42,387 nucleotides of DNA from an uncultured Sphingomonadaceae bacterium. Its GTDB lineage: Bacteria; Pseudomonadota; Alphaproteobacteria; Sphingomonadales; Sphingomonadaceae. The number at the start of each line of letters is the position of its first letter. The stretch's first letter is position 1. This document shows, in pieces, positions 18,959 through 28,765 of this stretch. The notes under the pieces were generated by a model. It saw only the letters and a list, made by a program, of their open reading frames with translations, had not been told where the DNA came from and did no database searches. Location of the stretch: NCBI GenBank assembly GCA_964236935.1, contig CAXSHP010000003.1, positions 1 through 42,387 of the forward strand, in the 5' to 3' direction. Both the position numbers and the translations under genes were made by a program.

Positions 18959-19741
18959 TCACACCAGCGTCGCGCGGCGTGGGGTCGATTCTTCGGCAAC
19001 GATGAATTCCCGCTCTTGCTCTTCGAGGCGGACGGCTGTTAGCCGACCGGTGCGGTACGCGCCAGTGTCGATCGCTATGCGATTGACATGCTCGGCGGCC
19101 GTTTCGACGACCGTATGGCCGTGCACGACGATCACCCCGTGATCGCTGCGGTCGTCGAGAAACTCGCCGCGGATCCAGCGCAGATCCTGCGGATCCTGAT
19201 CCTCGACGGCGATCCCGGGCCGGATGCCGGCGTGCACGAAGACATAGCCGCCCAGCGCGAAGCTGTCGTAGCAGCCGTTCAGGAAATCGATGTGCCGTTG
19301 CGGCACCCGCTCGCACAACGCGCGATACGTCAACGCCGGATTGCCGCCGAGTTCCGTCGGCGAGACGCCATAGCTCTGCACGCATTCGAGTCCGCCAAAG
19401 CCGAGCCATGCGTCGAGATGAGAGAGGTCGCCGCCCAGCACCTGGAGAAATGCCTCCTCATGGTTGCCCAGCAGGAAGATCGGCTTCGCCCAACGGAAGG
19501 ACGCGGTCGACAGGAGTTCGATCACGCCGTTGGAATCCGCGCCGCGGTCGATCAGATCGCCGAGGAACACCAGATAGGTCTCGGCCGGCGCGCGTGCCGC
19601 ATTGTCCCGCTCGAGCTGGTCGAGCAGCATTTCCAGCAGATCGAGCCGGCCGTGGATATCGCCCACGGCATAACAGCGCTTGCCCGCCGGCATCGCCGAC
19701 GTCCGCGGGGCAACGCGCGATTTGCGGAACAGGCCAAGCAT
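18959..19741 (-). CDS. PPP-family metallophosphoesterase / protein phosphatase
   Basis: GDIHG, GDLIDRG, GNHE, VHAG, HGHT and IDTG motifs. Confidence 0.92.
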   Translation of the reverse strand: MLGLFRKSRVAPRTSAMPAGKRCYAVGDIHGRLDLLEMLLDQLERDNAARAPAETYLVFLGDLIDRGADSNGVIELLSTASFRWAKPIFLLGNHEEAFLQVLGGDLSHLDAWLGFGGLECVQSYGVSPTELGGNPALTYRALCERVPQRHIDFLNGCYDSFALGGYVFVHAGIRPGIAVEDQDPQDLRWIRGEFLDDRSDHGVIVVHGHTVVETAAEHVNRIAIDTGAYRTGRLTAVRLEEQEREFIVAEESTPRRATLV

Positions 19742-19931
19742 CGTCATATCCCAAACATCAAATCGCGCATCAGCGTCGCGGCAGAGCGGAACCGCCGCGC
19801 GCCTCCGGTGTTTTGCGGACATAGGGACTTGCCGGCGATGTGCAATCGTCGGCCATGTCCGCGATACGGCACGGGGCGGGCGGAGGCTAGGCAACGGCAA
19901 CTGCCGGGCAGTCCAACTGCCGCTCGATATA

Positions 19932-19947
19932 TTTACGCTGCGTTAAC
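19932..19947. promoter_or_regulatory. Possible CtrA-type box in a divergent promoter region
   Basis: TTTA-cgctgcg-TTAAC has one mismatch to TTAA-N7-TTAAC. Confidence 0.4.
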
Positions 19948-20102
19948 GACGTTATGCTGTCGGCCGTCCGAATGAAACCTTTCGGTAAGCTGTGGCGACT
20001 ATAACACGGTTCAATTGTTCCGCCGGAAACGATGATTTCGCTGTTGTGTTTCGATTTTCCGGAGGTTAGAGGTCGACTCGAAGTTCAGAGAAGGGGTGTC
20101 AA

Positions 20103-20543
20103 ATGCGTTTTGGAGCTTTTGCAACGTCGATCGCCGCGGTGGTGATGGTCGTCGCTCCCGTCGCCGTCCAGGCGGCTGAAGTGGCTGGTAAGGTTGCAGC
20201 CGGCAACGGTGAGGTGTTCGTCTCGCGTGACGGCGGCTTGCTGCGGGCCACCCCCAACATGTCGCTCTATGCGGGTGATCGCGTCGTGACGCGTGCCGGT
20301 GGCACCGCCAAGCTCGCGCTCAACTCCGGTTGCAGCCAGACGGTCGGCGCGTCGGCGATCGCGACGGTCGGCACCGGCTGCGGCGAGGTCAAGAATTTCG
20401 ACGCGGGTCGCGCCGGCTATGCCGGTCGCAGCAGCGCCGCTACCGGGACGACCTATTTCCTGGTCGCTGCCGCCGTCGCCGCGGCGGGCTTCGGCATCTA
20501 TGAGGGTGTCAAGAACCGGCACGATCATCGCACCAGCCCGTAA
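20103..20543 (+). CDS. Secreted 146-aa protein with FecR-like beta segment and C-terminal membrane anchor
   Basis: SD GAAGGGG; signal peptide ending VQA; LYAGDRVVT motif; two Cys; Gly/Ala/Ser/Thr linker; TM YFLVAAAVAAAGFGIY; tail ending TSP. Confidence 0.85.
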   Translation: MRFGAFATSIAAVVMVVAPVAVQAAEVAGKVAAGNGEVFVSRDGGLLRATPNMSLYAGDRVVTRAGGTAKLALNSGCSQTVGASAIATVGTGCGEVKNFDAGRAGYAGRSSAATGTTYFLVAAAVAAAGFGIYEGVKNRHDHRTSP

Positions 20544-20557
20544 GGCCGGAGCTTCGG

Positions 20558-20599
20558 AAAAAAGAGAGCCCGCCACTGGATTGTGGCGGGCTTTTTTTT
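20558..20599 (+). terminator. Rho-independent terminator, possibly bidirectional
   Basis: A-run, 10-bp stem agcccgccac/gtggcgggct, then a T-run. Confidence 0.9.
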
Positions 20600-20668
20600 G
20601 ATTTTCAGGCAAGCGGCAGGCATACTGCCGCGCCGTCCTGCGCCAACCGCTCCCGTCGAGACGACGTC

Positions 20669-21727
20669 ATGCCTCTGCCGACGATCCGCTCACGATTGCA
20701 TTGCGCCATTTCCGCTCTGGCAACGGGGCTCGCCTTGCTCGGCATGGCGGCGTCCCTGTCGTGCCAAGCGTCCGCCACGGTGCCGCGCGACACTGCCCGG
20801 CAGCAGGCTGCGGTCGAATATATCGTCGGTGAAGACCTGCGCATCGCCACGGTCGCCTATCGGCTCAATGCGGCGAGCCTGCCGCTGTGCCCGAAGCATG
20901 GCTATGATGCCGGCTTCGTCGTCCATGCGCTCGACCAGTACCAGCGGGCGTTGCGTCCCGCCGCCGCGCAGCTCTTCGGCCTGACCGGGCAGCCGGGCAT
21001 CTCCGCGGTCGTGCCGGGGGGGCCGGCGGCCTCGGCGGGCCTCCAGCCGGGCGACAGCTTGATCGCCGCGGATGGCATCACCTTTGCCCCGGCGGCGCCA
21101 CGGCCGCCGTCCGCCGGCACTTATGCGGCCGTCCAGCAGGCACTCAACCTGATCGACCGCGCCGCGGCGGACGGCGTCGTCCGGTTCAGCATCCTGCGCG
21201 CCGGCCGGCCGCTGGAGATCGAGGTCCATGCGACGCCGGCCTGCGCGGTGCGCGTCCAGCTGCAGCCATCGGCGGAACTCAACAGCTGGGCCGACGATCG
21301 CTACGCGACGATCACCACCGCGATGGCGCGTTACACCGCGGCCGACGACGATCTGGCGCTGGTGATGGGGCACGAACTCGCGCATGCCTATCTCCATCAC
21401 GAGGCGCTGCTCGACCGGCGCAGCGTCGCGCGCGGGTTGCTCGGGCCGCTCGGCACGCCGCCGGGATTGGTGCTGGAGACCGAACGCCAGGCCGATTATC
21501 TCGGCCTCTACATCGCGGCGCGCGCCGGTTACGACATCAGCCGCGCCGGCGATTTCTGGGAGCGTTTCCGCGCCGAGCATGGCGGCGGCGATTTCCTGCT
21601 CCATACGCATCCGCGCGGCCGCGACAGCCTGCGCGCCGGCATGGCGACGGTGGCCGAGATCGCGCGCCAGCGCGCCGCCGGGCAGGAACTGCTGCCCGAT
21701 CCCGCGGTGCTGCGCCGCCAGCCGTAG
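20669..21727 (+). CDS. Exported PDZ-domain M48-like zinc metallopeptidase
   Basis: Hydrophobic leader; PDZ motif VVPGGPAASAGLQPGD; NSWA, GHELAH (HExxH), ERQADY and THP motifs. Confidence 0.85.
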   Translation: MPLPTIRSRLHCAISALATGLALLGMAASLSCQASATVPRDTARQQAAVEYIVGEDLRIATVAYRLNAASLPLCPKHGYDAGFVVHALDQYQRALRPAAAQLFGLTGQPGISAVVPGGPAASAGLQPGDSLIAADGITFAPAAPRPPSAGTYAAVQQALNLIDRAAADGVVRFSILRAGRPLEIEVHATPACAVRVQLQPSAELNSWADDRYATITTAMARYTAADDDLALVMGHELAHAYLHHEALLDRRSVARGLLGPLGTPPGLVLETERQADYLGLYIAARAGYDISRAGDFWERFRAEHGGGDFLLHTHPRGRDSLRAGMATVAEIARQRAAGQELLPDPAVLRRQP

Positions 21728-21775
21728 CCCGGAGCGGCGCGGTTGACCCGGCATCGCGAAACGGTATCAGCGCGC

Positions 21776-22141
21776 ATGGACTGGATCGAATTCAAGTTCT
21801 GGATCGAGCGCGTGGTCGGGCTCGATAAGGATGCGCTGCACATCTATGCCGCGTGCATCATCCAGATCGCCGCGGCGCTGCTGCTACGGCGGTCGCTCGC
21901 CGCGAAGCTGCCGTGGCTGGCCGTGCTCGCCGCGGTGCTGATCAACGAATGGCTCGACTTGCACGTCGAGATCTGGCCTGACCGCTGGGAACAATATCGC
22001 GCCAGCATCCACGACATCCTCAACACGATGCTGCTGCCGACGGTGCTGGTACTGCTGGTGCGGTATGTGCCCCAATTGACGCACCGGCAGCTCGATACCG
22101 ATTTGACACCTGTCCGGACCGCTAAATCTTTCGGGCGATGA
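21776..22141 (+). CDS. Small membrane protein (VanZ-like motif pattern)
   Basis: About three TMs carrying DKDALH, NEWLD and DILNT; overlaps the convergent gene by 20 nt. Confidence 0.65.
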   Translation: MDWIEFKFWIERVVGLDKDALHIYAACIIQIAAALLLRRSLAAKLPWLAVLAAVLINEWLDLHVEIWPDRWEQYRASIHDILNTMLLPTVLVLLVRYVPQLTHRQLDTDLTPVRTAKSFGR

Positions 22142-22943
22142 CCAATTTCATGTCGGTGATATTCTCGGCGTATTTCGAATAGAGATCCATCGGATATCTC
22201 TTGTCGTACAGCAGATAGTCCTGATCGACGACGATCTCGCAGCCGGATCGGGATAGCGTGTCGATGATTTCGGCCCATTCGATATGGTCATCGGGCCAGA
22301 CGTGGATATCGCCTTCCCTGCTGTACCGCGGGTTGAACAGCCGGACGATCCGATTCACGTAATTCGAAGGTCTCAGATATTTCGTCCACCAGCGTTGGGG
22401 CGCATTGACCTCCGACCTGAACCGCCGATGGATCGCGCTCGGCTGCCAATGGCGTTCGTTCAGCTCGTGATCGAGCAGAATGACGCCGCCTTTCGTGCAC
22501 ACCCGCGCGAACTCCTCGATGATGGCGAGATAGTCGGGGATGTGGTGGAGGACCGAATAGGTCGCGACCAGATCGTAACTTTCATCGGGAACATTTTCGA
22601 GCCCCCGGCCGTCCAGCAGCAGAGTCGCGAGGCGATCGGACGCGTAACGGCTTTTCACCAGATCGAGGAAGCCGGAGGAGACGTCGGCGGAGGTCACCCG
22701 CAACCCCAGATCGAGCAGGTGGCGGCTGAGATTGCCCGAACCGCAGCCGAAATCGAGCGCGTGAAAATCCCGCGAACCTCTTCGGATCGCATCGCGGGCG
22801 CGCTCGAGCGCCGCGACCAGGCGGGCCTGCTCGACATCGTTGAAGATTTCACCGTGGACCGCCTCATACTGGCGCGCCATGCGGTTATGAACCCGGATGT
22901 TGCGCTCGATCTGCTGCTGCGCGCGGCTTTCTGCGGTCGTCAT
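22122..22943 (-). CDS. Class I SAM methyltransferase (MT1)
   Basis: LDFGCGSG and YSVLHHIPD motifs; start overlaps the flippase stop, with GGAGG upstream. Confidence 0.88.
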   Translation of the reverse strand: MTTAESRAQQQIERNIRVHNRMARQYEAVHGEIFNDVEQARLVAALERARDAIRRGSRDFHALDFGCGSGNLSRHLLDLGLRVTSADVSSGFLDLVKSRYASDRLATLLLDGRGLENVPDESYDLVATYSVLHHIPDYLAIIEEFARVCTKGGVILLDHELNERHWQPSAIHRRFRSEVNAPQRWWTKYLRPSNYVNRIVRLFNPRYSREGDIHVWPDDHIEWAEIIDTLSRSGCEIVVDQDYLLYDKRYPMDLYSKYAENITDMKLVIARKI

Positions 22944-24325
22944 TCGTCCTCCATCACGTGGCCTGCCCGCCAAAAGCCCGGGAGCACATAGCCGAGAAAC
23001 GCTGGTGCGCTCAGCAGCGACGGCTCGAGGTCCAGGTGTTTCCGGGAATAGCGCCAGGTCAGCAAGTTGTTGATGATCGTGCCGATCAAAGCCGCCGTCG
23101 CCGCGCCATTCGCGCCATAGCGCATGATCAGCGGGACGGCGAGCAGGATACCCGCGGCCACCGATATTGCGAAGAAGAGCATCAGCGGACGTTCGGCGCG
23201 GACCATGACCAGGAGGGTGGTTCCGACTCCGCAAAATCCATTCACGGTCTGGGCCGCCGCGAGGATCAGCAGGGGTGTCGCCGCTCCGGCATATTCCGGC
23301 CCGAACAAGGAAACGATCAGCCATTTTCCCATCAATGCGAGCGCCACAGTAATCAGCAAAGCGGCGCCGAACATGGCGCCAGCCGAGGCGCCGAGCAGAA
23401 GCTGCAGCCGGCGGCGATCGCCGAGCTCGTAGAAGCGGCCGATCGTGGGGGCGAGCACGACATTGAGCACAGTGATCGGAAGCGCGATCGGCACCGCGCT
23501 CGACATGGCGACGCGGAACGTGCCGGTCTCGGCCGCGGTCGTGATCAGGCCCATCAGCAGGATCGCATAGACCCCGTCGAGTTGGCGCAAGCCATCGATC
23601 AGCCACAGCGGCGTGGCCGCGGTCACCCAGCTGCGGAACCGGGCGACCGGTCGCGTGCTGCGGGCTTGCGGTGGAATCGCCGTCACCAGCCACGCGACCC
23701 CGATCGCCAGCGCGACCAGGGCGGCCAGCGCGTGAAGGGCGATCGCCGTAGCCGGGGACAGGCGCCCGTAGCGCAGGAATATCGCGAGACAGAGGATGGA
23801 ATGGATCAGCGGGCGGATCAGGATGTCGAGCAGCTGTCCCTTGATGACGCGGTGGAGACCGCGCAGCTGCGCGCTGATCAGGGTCGTGATCGTCATCAGC
23901 GGGATCAGCAGCGATCCCCAGATCGCCGCCGAGCGGAATGCGGGATCGATCGGCTTCGGCCAGAAGAATATGCTCGAGAGGAGCGAGGCCGACAGCAGCA
24001 GCGAGACCAGAGTCACCGCAATCGTGAGCCATTTGAGCACCCCGCCGAGCAGCGGCCAATCGTGCAGCGTCTGCGCGGCCGCGACCTCACGCGTCGCGAG
24101 ACCGGGGGATCCGATCTGCGCGGCGACGGCGAGCAGCGCGACCAGCGCCATCAGCACGCCATAGGTGCCGAAGCCGGCGGGCTTGAGATAGCGGGCAAGC
24201 TGGACTCCGACCAGGAAAGTCGTTGCCATCCCCGCTACCCGCAGGCAAATGCTCCACAAGGTGGTCGACGCCAGTGAACGGGATAGCCCATCGGCCGGAA
24301 ATATCGACAATAGCAGTTTTCGCAC
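22940..24325 (-). CDS. wzx: Wzx-type polysaccharide flippase (MOP superfamily)
   Basis: LARYLKPAGFGTY, LFGPEY and YGANGAA motifs; about 12 or more hydrophobic segments. Confidence 0.88.
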   Translation of the reverse strand: MRKLLLSIFPADGLSRSLASTTLWSICLRVAGMATTFLVGVQLARYLKPAGFGTYGVLMALVALLAVAAQIGSPGLATREVAAAQTLHDWPLLGGVLKWLTIAVTLVSLLLSASLLSSIFFWPKPIDPAFRSAAIWGSLLIPLMTITTLISAQLRGLHRVIKGQLLDILIRPLIHSILCLAIFLRYGRLSPATAIALHALAALVALAIGVAWLVTAIPPQARSTRPVARFRSWVTAATPLWLIDGLRQLDGVYAILLMGLITTAAETGTFRVAMSSAVPIALPITVLNVVLAPTIGRFYELGDRRRLQLLLGASAGAMFGAALLITVALALMGKWLIVSLFGPEYAGAATPLLILAAAQTVNGFCGVGTTLLVMVRAERPLMLFFAISVAAGILLAVPLIMRYGANGAATAALIGTIINNLLTWRYSRKHLDLEPSLLSAPAFLGYVLPGFWRAGHVMEDE

Positions 24326-24473
24326 GGATCAGTCCTTACCCTGCTGGCTCCTTGGGGTTCCGGAACCGCGTCCGCAATCTTATTCCCGTCCATACCGCCG
24401 GACGCCCGGCATATCGGGCATTGTGCGCCGATCGCCTGGGCGGCCAGCGCTCCAGTGAGGATTTCCATCGGCC

Positions 24474-25574
24474 GTGTCCGAACCGCTCCGCATCGCCCTC
24501 GTCCTGCCGACCCTGAATATGGGCGGGGCCGAGCGGGTGACCGTCACCCTTTCGCGCTGCTTCCGCGACGCCGGCTATGCCGTCGACTTCGTGCTGCTCA
24601 GCGACGAAGGCGAATTGCGGCGCGAAGTGCCCGCGGGTTGCCGTATCATCGGATTGGGGGGCGTGCGCTTCCGCAGCGCCTATGGCCCGCTCGTCCGCTA
24701 TTTCCGGCAAGCGCGGCCCGATGCGGTGCTGGTGTCCATGTGGCCGCTGACGACGATCGCCTTGCTCGCCCATCGGCGCGCCGGCCTCCCCGGCCGGATC
24801 GTCGTCGCCGAGCATAATACCATTTCGGTGGAGCAGCGCAGGCGCGGCATCGGGAAGTATCTTCTCGTCCGCCTGACGACGGCGTTGAGCTACCGCGCCG
24901 CAGATGCGCGTGTCTGCGTCTCCCGCGGCGTCGCGGACGACGTCGCCCGAACCTCGGGCCTGCCCCGCGAGGCATTCGAGGTAATCGAAAATCCCGTTCC
25001 GCCGCTCGATCAACGATTTCCGGCGGAGACGGTGTGGAGCGTGCCCCCCGGCCGACGGATTCTCACGGTGGGCCGATTGGCCGAGCAGAAAAACCACGCG
25101 TTGCTTATTCGTGCATTCGCGCCGCTAGCGGACCTGGACGGTGCGCAGCTCGTGATCCTGGGCGAAGGACCCTTGCGCGAGGCGACCGAGCGGCTGATCG
25201 ATGCGCTCGGGCTGGAGGGGCGGGTCCTGCTGCCTGGCGCGACGCCGTTCCCCCAAGACTATTACGCGACGGCCGATTTGTTCGTGCTGTCGTCGGACTA
25301 TGAAGGTTTCGGCATGGTCCTGATCGAGGCGCTGGGGCACGGCCTCGCGGTGATCAGCACCGATTGTCCGAACGGCCCGGCCGAGATCATCACGAATGAA
25401 GCGCTCGGCACGCTGGTGCCGTGCGGCGACGTTGCGATGCTGACGAGGGCGATGCGCGAGGCGCTTGGCCGCCGCCACGATCCCGCGCCCGCCCGTCGCC
25501 GCTACGACGATTTTTCCGTCGCGCGGATCGGGCCGAAATATCTGGACCTGCTGGTCGAGAAAACGAGGCGATGA
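24474..25574 (+). CDS. GT4 glycosyltransferase
   Basis: GGAERV, VGRLAEQKN and EGFGMVLIEA (EX7E) motifs. Confidence 0.93.
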   Translation: MSEPLRIALVLPTLNMGGAERVTVTLSRCFRDAGYAVDFVLLSDEGELRREVPAGCRIIGLGGVRFRSAYGPLVRYFRQARPDAVLVSMWPLTTIALLAHRRAGLPGRIVVAEHNTISVEQRRRGIGKYLLVRLTTALSYRAADARVCVSRGVADDVARTSGLPREAFEVIENPVPPLDQRFPAETVWSVPPGRRILTVGRLAEQKNHALLIRAFAPLADLDGAQLVILGEGPLREATERLIDALGLEGRVLLPGATPFPQDYYATADLFVLSSDYEGFGMVLIEALGHGLAVISTDCPNGPAEIITNEALGTLVPCGDVAMLTRAMREALGRRHDPAPARRRYDDFSVARIGPKYLDLLVEKTRR

Positions 25575-26506
25575 GCGTGACCCCGAACAGCTGCATGCTT
25601 TGCGGGGGAGCGAGCGCGGGCCCCGCCTTCCCCTATGCCACGCGCTGGGGCGGGAGCCGCTTCAGCTATGTCGAATGCGCCCAATGCCGCTGCACCTTCG
25701 TCACGCCGGTGCCGACGCCCGCGCAGTTCGAAGCGATGTACCGCAAGACGGCCTATCACGACGTCCACTACGACGGTCTCGAAATTTCCGACGATATGCG
25801 AGGCGCGATGAACATGCTGTCGCGCCATGCCCCGGCCGGGGGCCTGCTGCTGGATTTCGGCTGCGGCAACGGCGCCTTCCTACGGGCGGCCACCGAGGCC
25901 GGATATGTCTGCCACGGCATCGAACTCGACGAGGAGGCGCGCAAATCCGCCGCGCGCAACAGCGGCTGTCCCGTGCGTTCGCTCGAGGCGACCGTCGCGG
26001 CGGAGGGTCGCTATGCGGTCATCCATCTCGGCGATGTCCTCGAACACCTGCCCGATCCCGCGGCGACGTTGCGCACGCTCGAGCAGCTGCTGGATCGGGA
26101 CGGTGTCTTCTTCGTCGAAGGGCCGCTCGAAAAGCAGCGCAGTCTGGTGCGCTGGACCGCCGCCGGCGTGAAGCGGCTGCGTCGTGCGTTCGGGAACGAT
26201 CGGGAAGGCGCTATTCCGCCGTTTCACCTGACGTTGACCGATTGGCGCTGCCAACGACGCTTTTTCGAGGTGACCGTCGGATATGCCTGCGTCGACCATC
26301 GCATCGAAGAGACGGGCTGGCCTTATCTGCAGGCGGCGGGCGCCGGTCCGTCGTGGGGCGGACGTATTCGCAAGGCCATCGGCGTGGCTGCGAAGGCGGC
26401 CGCCAACATCCCGTCGCTGGGTCTCGGCAACCGCTTTCAAGCGGTGCTCAAGCCGCTCGAGGAAGGAAGCCCGGTGGCCTGTGCCTCGCCCGCGGCGAGC
26501 GATTGA
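25571..26506 (+). CDS. Class I SAM methyltransferase with N-terminal CxxC pairs (MT2)
   Basis: CMLC and CAQC; LDFGCGNG; DVLEHLPDP; ATGA overlap with the upstream GT. Confidence 0.88.
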   Translation: MSVTPNSCMLCGGASAGPAFPYATRWGGSRFSYVECAQCRCTFVTPVPTPAQFEAMYRKTAYHDVHYDGLEISDDMRGAMNMLSRHAPAGGLLLDFGCGNGAFLRAATEAGYVCHGIELDEEARKSAARNSGCPVRSLEATVAAEGRYAVIHLGDVLEHLPDPAATLRTLEQLLDRDGVFFVEGPLEKQRSLVRWTAAGVKRLRRAFGNDREGAIPPFHLTLTDWRCQRRFFEVTVGYACVDHRIEETGWPYLQAAGAGPSWGGRIRKAIGVAAKAAANIPSLGLGNRFQAVLKPLEEGSPVACASPAASD

Positions 26507-27732
26507 TGTCGGCCTCGAACCGCTCGGCGACGTCGCGGCCGCGCGTGCTGTTCATCAGCTACGACGGGATGATGGAGCCGCTCGGCCAATCGCAGGTGCT
26601 GTCCTATCTCGAGCGACTGACCGCGGATGCGGATATCCATCTCATCAGCTTCGAGAAGCCCGAGGATCGTCACGATCGTGCGCGCCTGGCCGGAACAGCC
26701 GAGCGGATCCGTAGCGCCGGCATTCGCTGGACGATGCTGCGCTATCACCGCAAGCCGAGCGCGCTCGCCACCGCGTGGGATGTCGTCCGGGGCATGCTGG
26801 TCGCGCTCGCTTTGGCGGTGCGCCACCGTATCGATATCGTGCATGCGCGCAGTTACGTGCCGGCGCTGGTCGCCTTGCCGGTCAAGCGCCTGACCGGCGC
26901 GCGCCTGCTGTTCGACATGCGCGGCTTCTGGGCGGACGAGCGCGTCGATGGGGGGCTATGGCCCGTGGACGGCTGGCTTTATCGAATGGCCAAGCGGCTC
27001 GAGCGCAATGCTCTGCTCGCTGCCGATGAAGTCATTTCGCTGACCGAGGCGGCCGCGCGCGAAATCAGGACGTTCGACTATTTCGCGGGACGGGTCCCGC
27101 CGATCAGCGTGATCCCGACCTGCGCCGACCTCGGCCGCTTCCGTCCGGCTGCGGGTAGCACCAGCGACGGAACGCCGTTTCTGCTCGGCTACACCGGCTC
27201 CGCCGGCACCTGGTATCTCATCGAGGAAGTGATCGCTTTCTTTCTCGCGATCCGCGTCCGCATCCCGAATGCCCGCCTGCTGATCGTCAACCGCAGCGAT
27301 CATCGCTTCATTCGCGAGAAATTGTCGGCTGCGGGAGTCGAGGATGCTGCGGTCGATCTGGTCGCGGCCGAGCATCGTGACATGCCCGAGCTGGTTCAGC
27401 GCATGACGGCGGGCGCCTGTCTCAGCCGCAAGCCGTCCTTTTCGGCGCTGGCCAGCGCACCGACCAAACTTGGCGAGATGCTCGGCTGCGGCATCCCGTG
27501 CGTCGTCAACGATCGGGTCGGCGACATGGCGGAAATCATCGAGCAGTCGCGCTCCGGCGTGGTCTTGCGGGATTTCGACGCGAGCTCGATCGACACTGCC
27601 GCCGAGGCGCTTATTGCCCTGGCGAACGATCCCGGGATTCGCGAACGCTGCGTCCACACGGCCCGGACCCATTTCGCCCTGGACCGAGGGGTCGCGAAAT
27701 ATGCGGCGATTTATCGACGCTTACAGAAGTAG
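26506..27732 (+). CDS. GT4 glycosyltransferase
   Basis: SQVLSYL, HARSY, FDMRGFWADE and PTKLGEMLGCGIP motifs; TGATG coupling. Confidence 0.9.
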   Translation: MSASNRSATSRPRVLFISYDGMMEPLGQSQVLSYLERLTADADIHLISFEKPEDRHDRARLAGTAERIRSAGIRWTMLRYHRKPSALATAWDVVRGMLVALALAVRHRIDIVHARSYVPALVALPVKRLTGARLLFDMRGFWADERVDGGLWPVDGWLYRMAKRLERNALLAADEVISLTEAAAREIRTFDYFAGRVPPISVIPTCADLGRFRPAAGSTSDGTPFLLGYTGSAGTWYLIEEVIAFFLAIRVRIPNARLLIVNRSDHRFIREKLSAAGVEDAAVDLVAAEHRDMPELVQRMTAGACLSRKPSFSALASAPTKLGEMLGCGIPCVVNDRVGDMAEIIEQSRSGVVLRDFDASSIDTAAEALIALANDPGIRERCVHTARTHFALDRGVAKYAAIYRRLQK

Positions 27733-27775
27733 GAATTCCCGCAGCTGAGAACCGAACATCGCTGCTCCGCCACGG

Positions 27776-28765
27776 TCAGCTCTGCTTTTGCATCCAGACA
27801 TGGAGATTGGTGGAGGAATGGTATTGATGCCAGGGCCTGACCAATTCCTTGATCGTCTTTCGCGGACGAAACAGATCTATCGTGCCCGAATGGCGCAGAA
27901 ACGCAAAACGATGGCGGTAATTCGGTCGGACCGGGCTTAATCCGCACTTTTCCGCCAATCGCTCGAGCGATTTCCGCTTGAAGCAATTGATGTGCTCCAG
28001 CGGATGGATCGCCATGATGTCGCGGGGCTGCACGATCCGGTCCATCGTGTCGAGGCGTGCGATAACCCGTTCCACGCCCTCCCCCGAAGGCACCGAGATC
28101 TTGAGAATTCCGCTCGGCGCCAGCGCTTCGCTGAGCCGCGTCGCGAGAGCGAGCGGGTCGGGCACATGCTCGAATACCTGCTCGGCATTGATGAAGTCGA
28201 ATTGATGCTCGGGGATCTCGTCGTCTGAAACCACCCGCACGCCATGTTGCCGGGCGAAATCCTGCCGCGAGGTCGACAGGTCCGCGCCGAACGAGAGGCA
28301 GCCAAGCTGCGCCGAGATTCGCGGCCACAATGCCCAGCCGGTGCCATAGTCCAAAGTGCGCATCCGATCGAGGGGAATAGTGAGATAGGACGAGGCCGCC
28401 ATGATTTCATGCGCATCGCGTGAAAGTCGAGGTGCACATATATCGTCTCGATAAGAAGCAAAGGCGGTCTCCGGATCATCGGGCTCTTCAATCCATTGCG
28501 TATACAGTTCGAAAAGAGAAGAGGAATCACCAATGTATTTTTGAAATATAAGGCTACAAGATCGGCAGTTTCCTAAATGATAGGAAGATTCTTCCAACAT
28601 GGATGGATTTATCTTATAATAAGTTGTTATGTATTTACTCATCCACCCTTGATCAAAGCGAATATCATACATATCTGAAGTATCAGTTGATAGGCAGGCG
28701 GGACATTCCGATCTTTCACGGAAAGAAAACTTTTTATATACATCGAATGTTGAAGAATCAGACAC
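27776..28765 (-). CDS. Class I SAM methyltransferase with N-terminal CxxC pairs (MT3)
   Basis: CPAC and CRSC; LDYGTG; QVFEHVPDP; PLEHINCF. Antisense to its neighbours, with an AT-rich 5' end. Confidence 0.85.
   Translation of the reverse strand: MSDSSTFDVYKKFSFRERSECPACLSTDTSDMYDIRFDQGWMSKYITTYYKINPSMLEESSYHLGNCRSCSLIFQKYIGDSSSLFELYTQWIEEPDDPETAFASYRDDICAPRLSRDAHEIMAASSYLTIPLDRMRTLDYGTGWALWPRISAQLGCLSFGADLSTSRQDFARQHGVRVVSDDEIPEHQFDFINAEQVFEHVPDPLALATRLSEALAPSGILKISVPSGEGVERVIARLDTMDRIVQPRDIMAIHPLEHINCFKRKSLERLAEKCGLSPVRPNYRHRFAFLRHSGTIDLFRPRKTIKELVRPWHQYHSSTNLHVWMQKQS

Noticed and set aside
22122-24059. 645-aa ORF suggesting a flippase-linked fusion
   Set aside because: The upstream portion is an alternative frame of the flippase. 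The methyltransferase has its own SD and ATG at 22943.
25465-27732. 755-aa ORF suggesting a fusion protein
   Set aside because: The N-terminal part is Arg-rich off-frame text over MT2. The GT starts at the TGATG junction at 26506.
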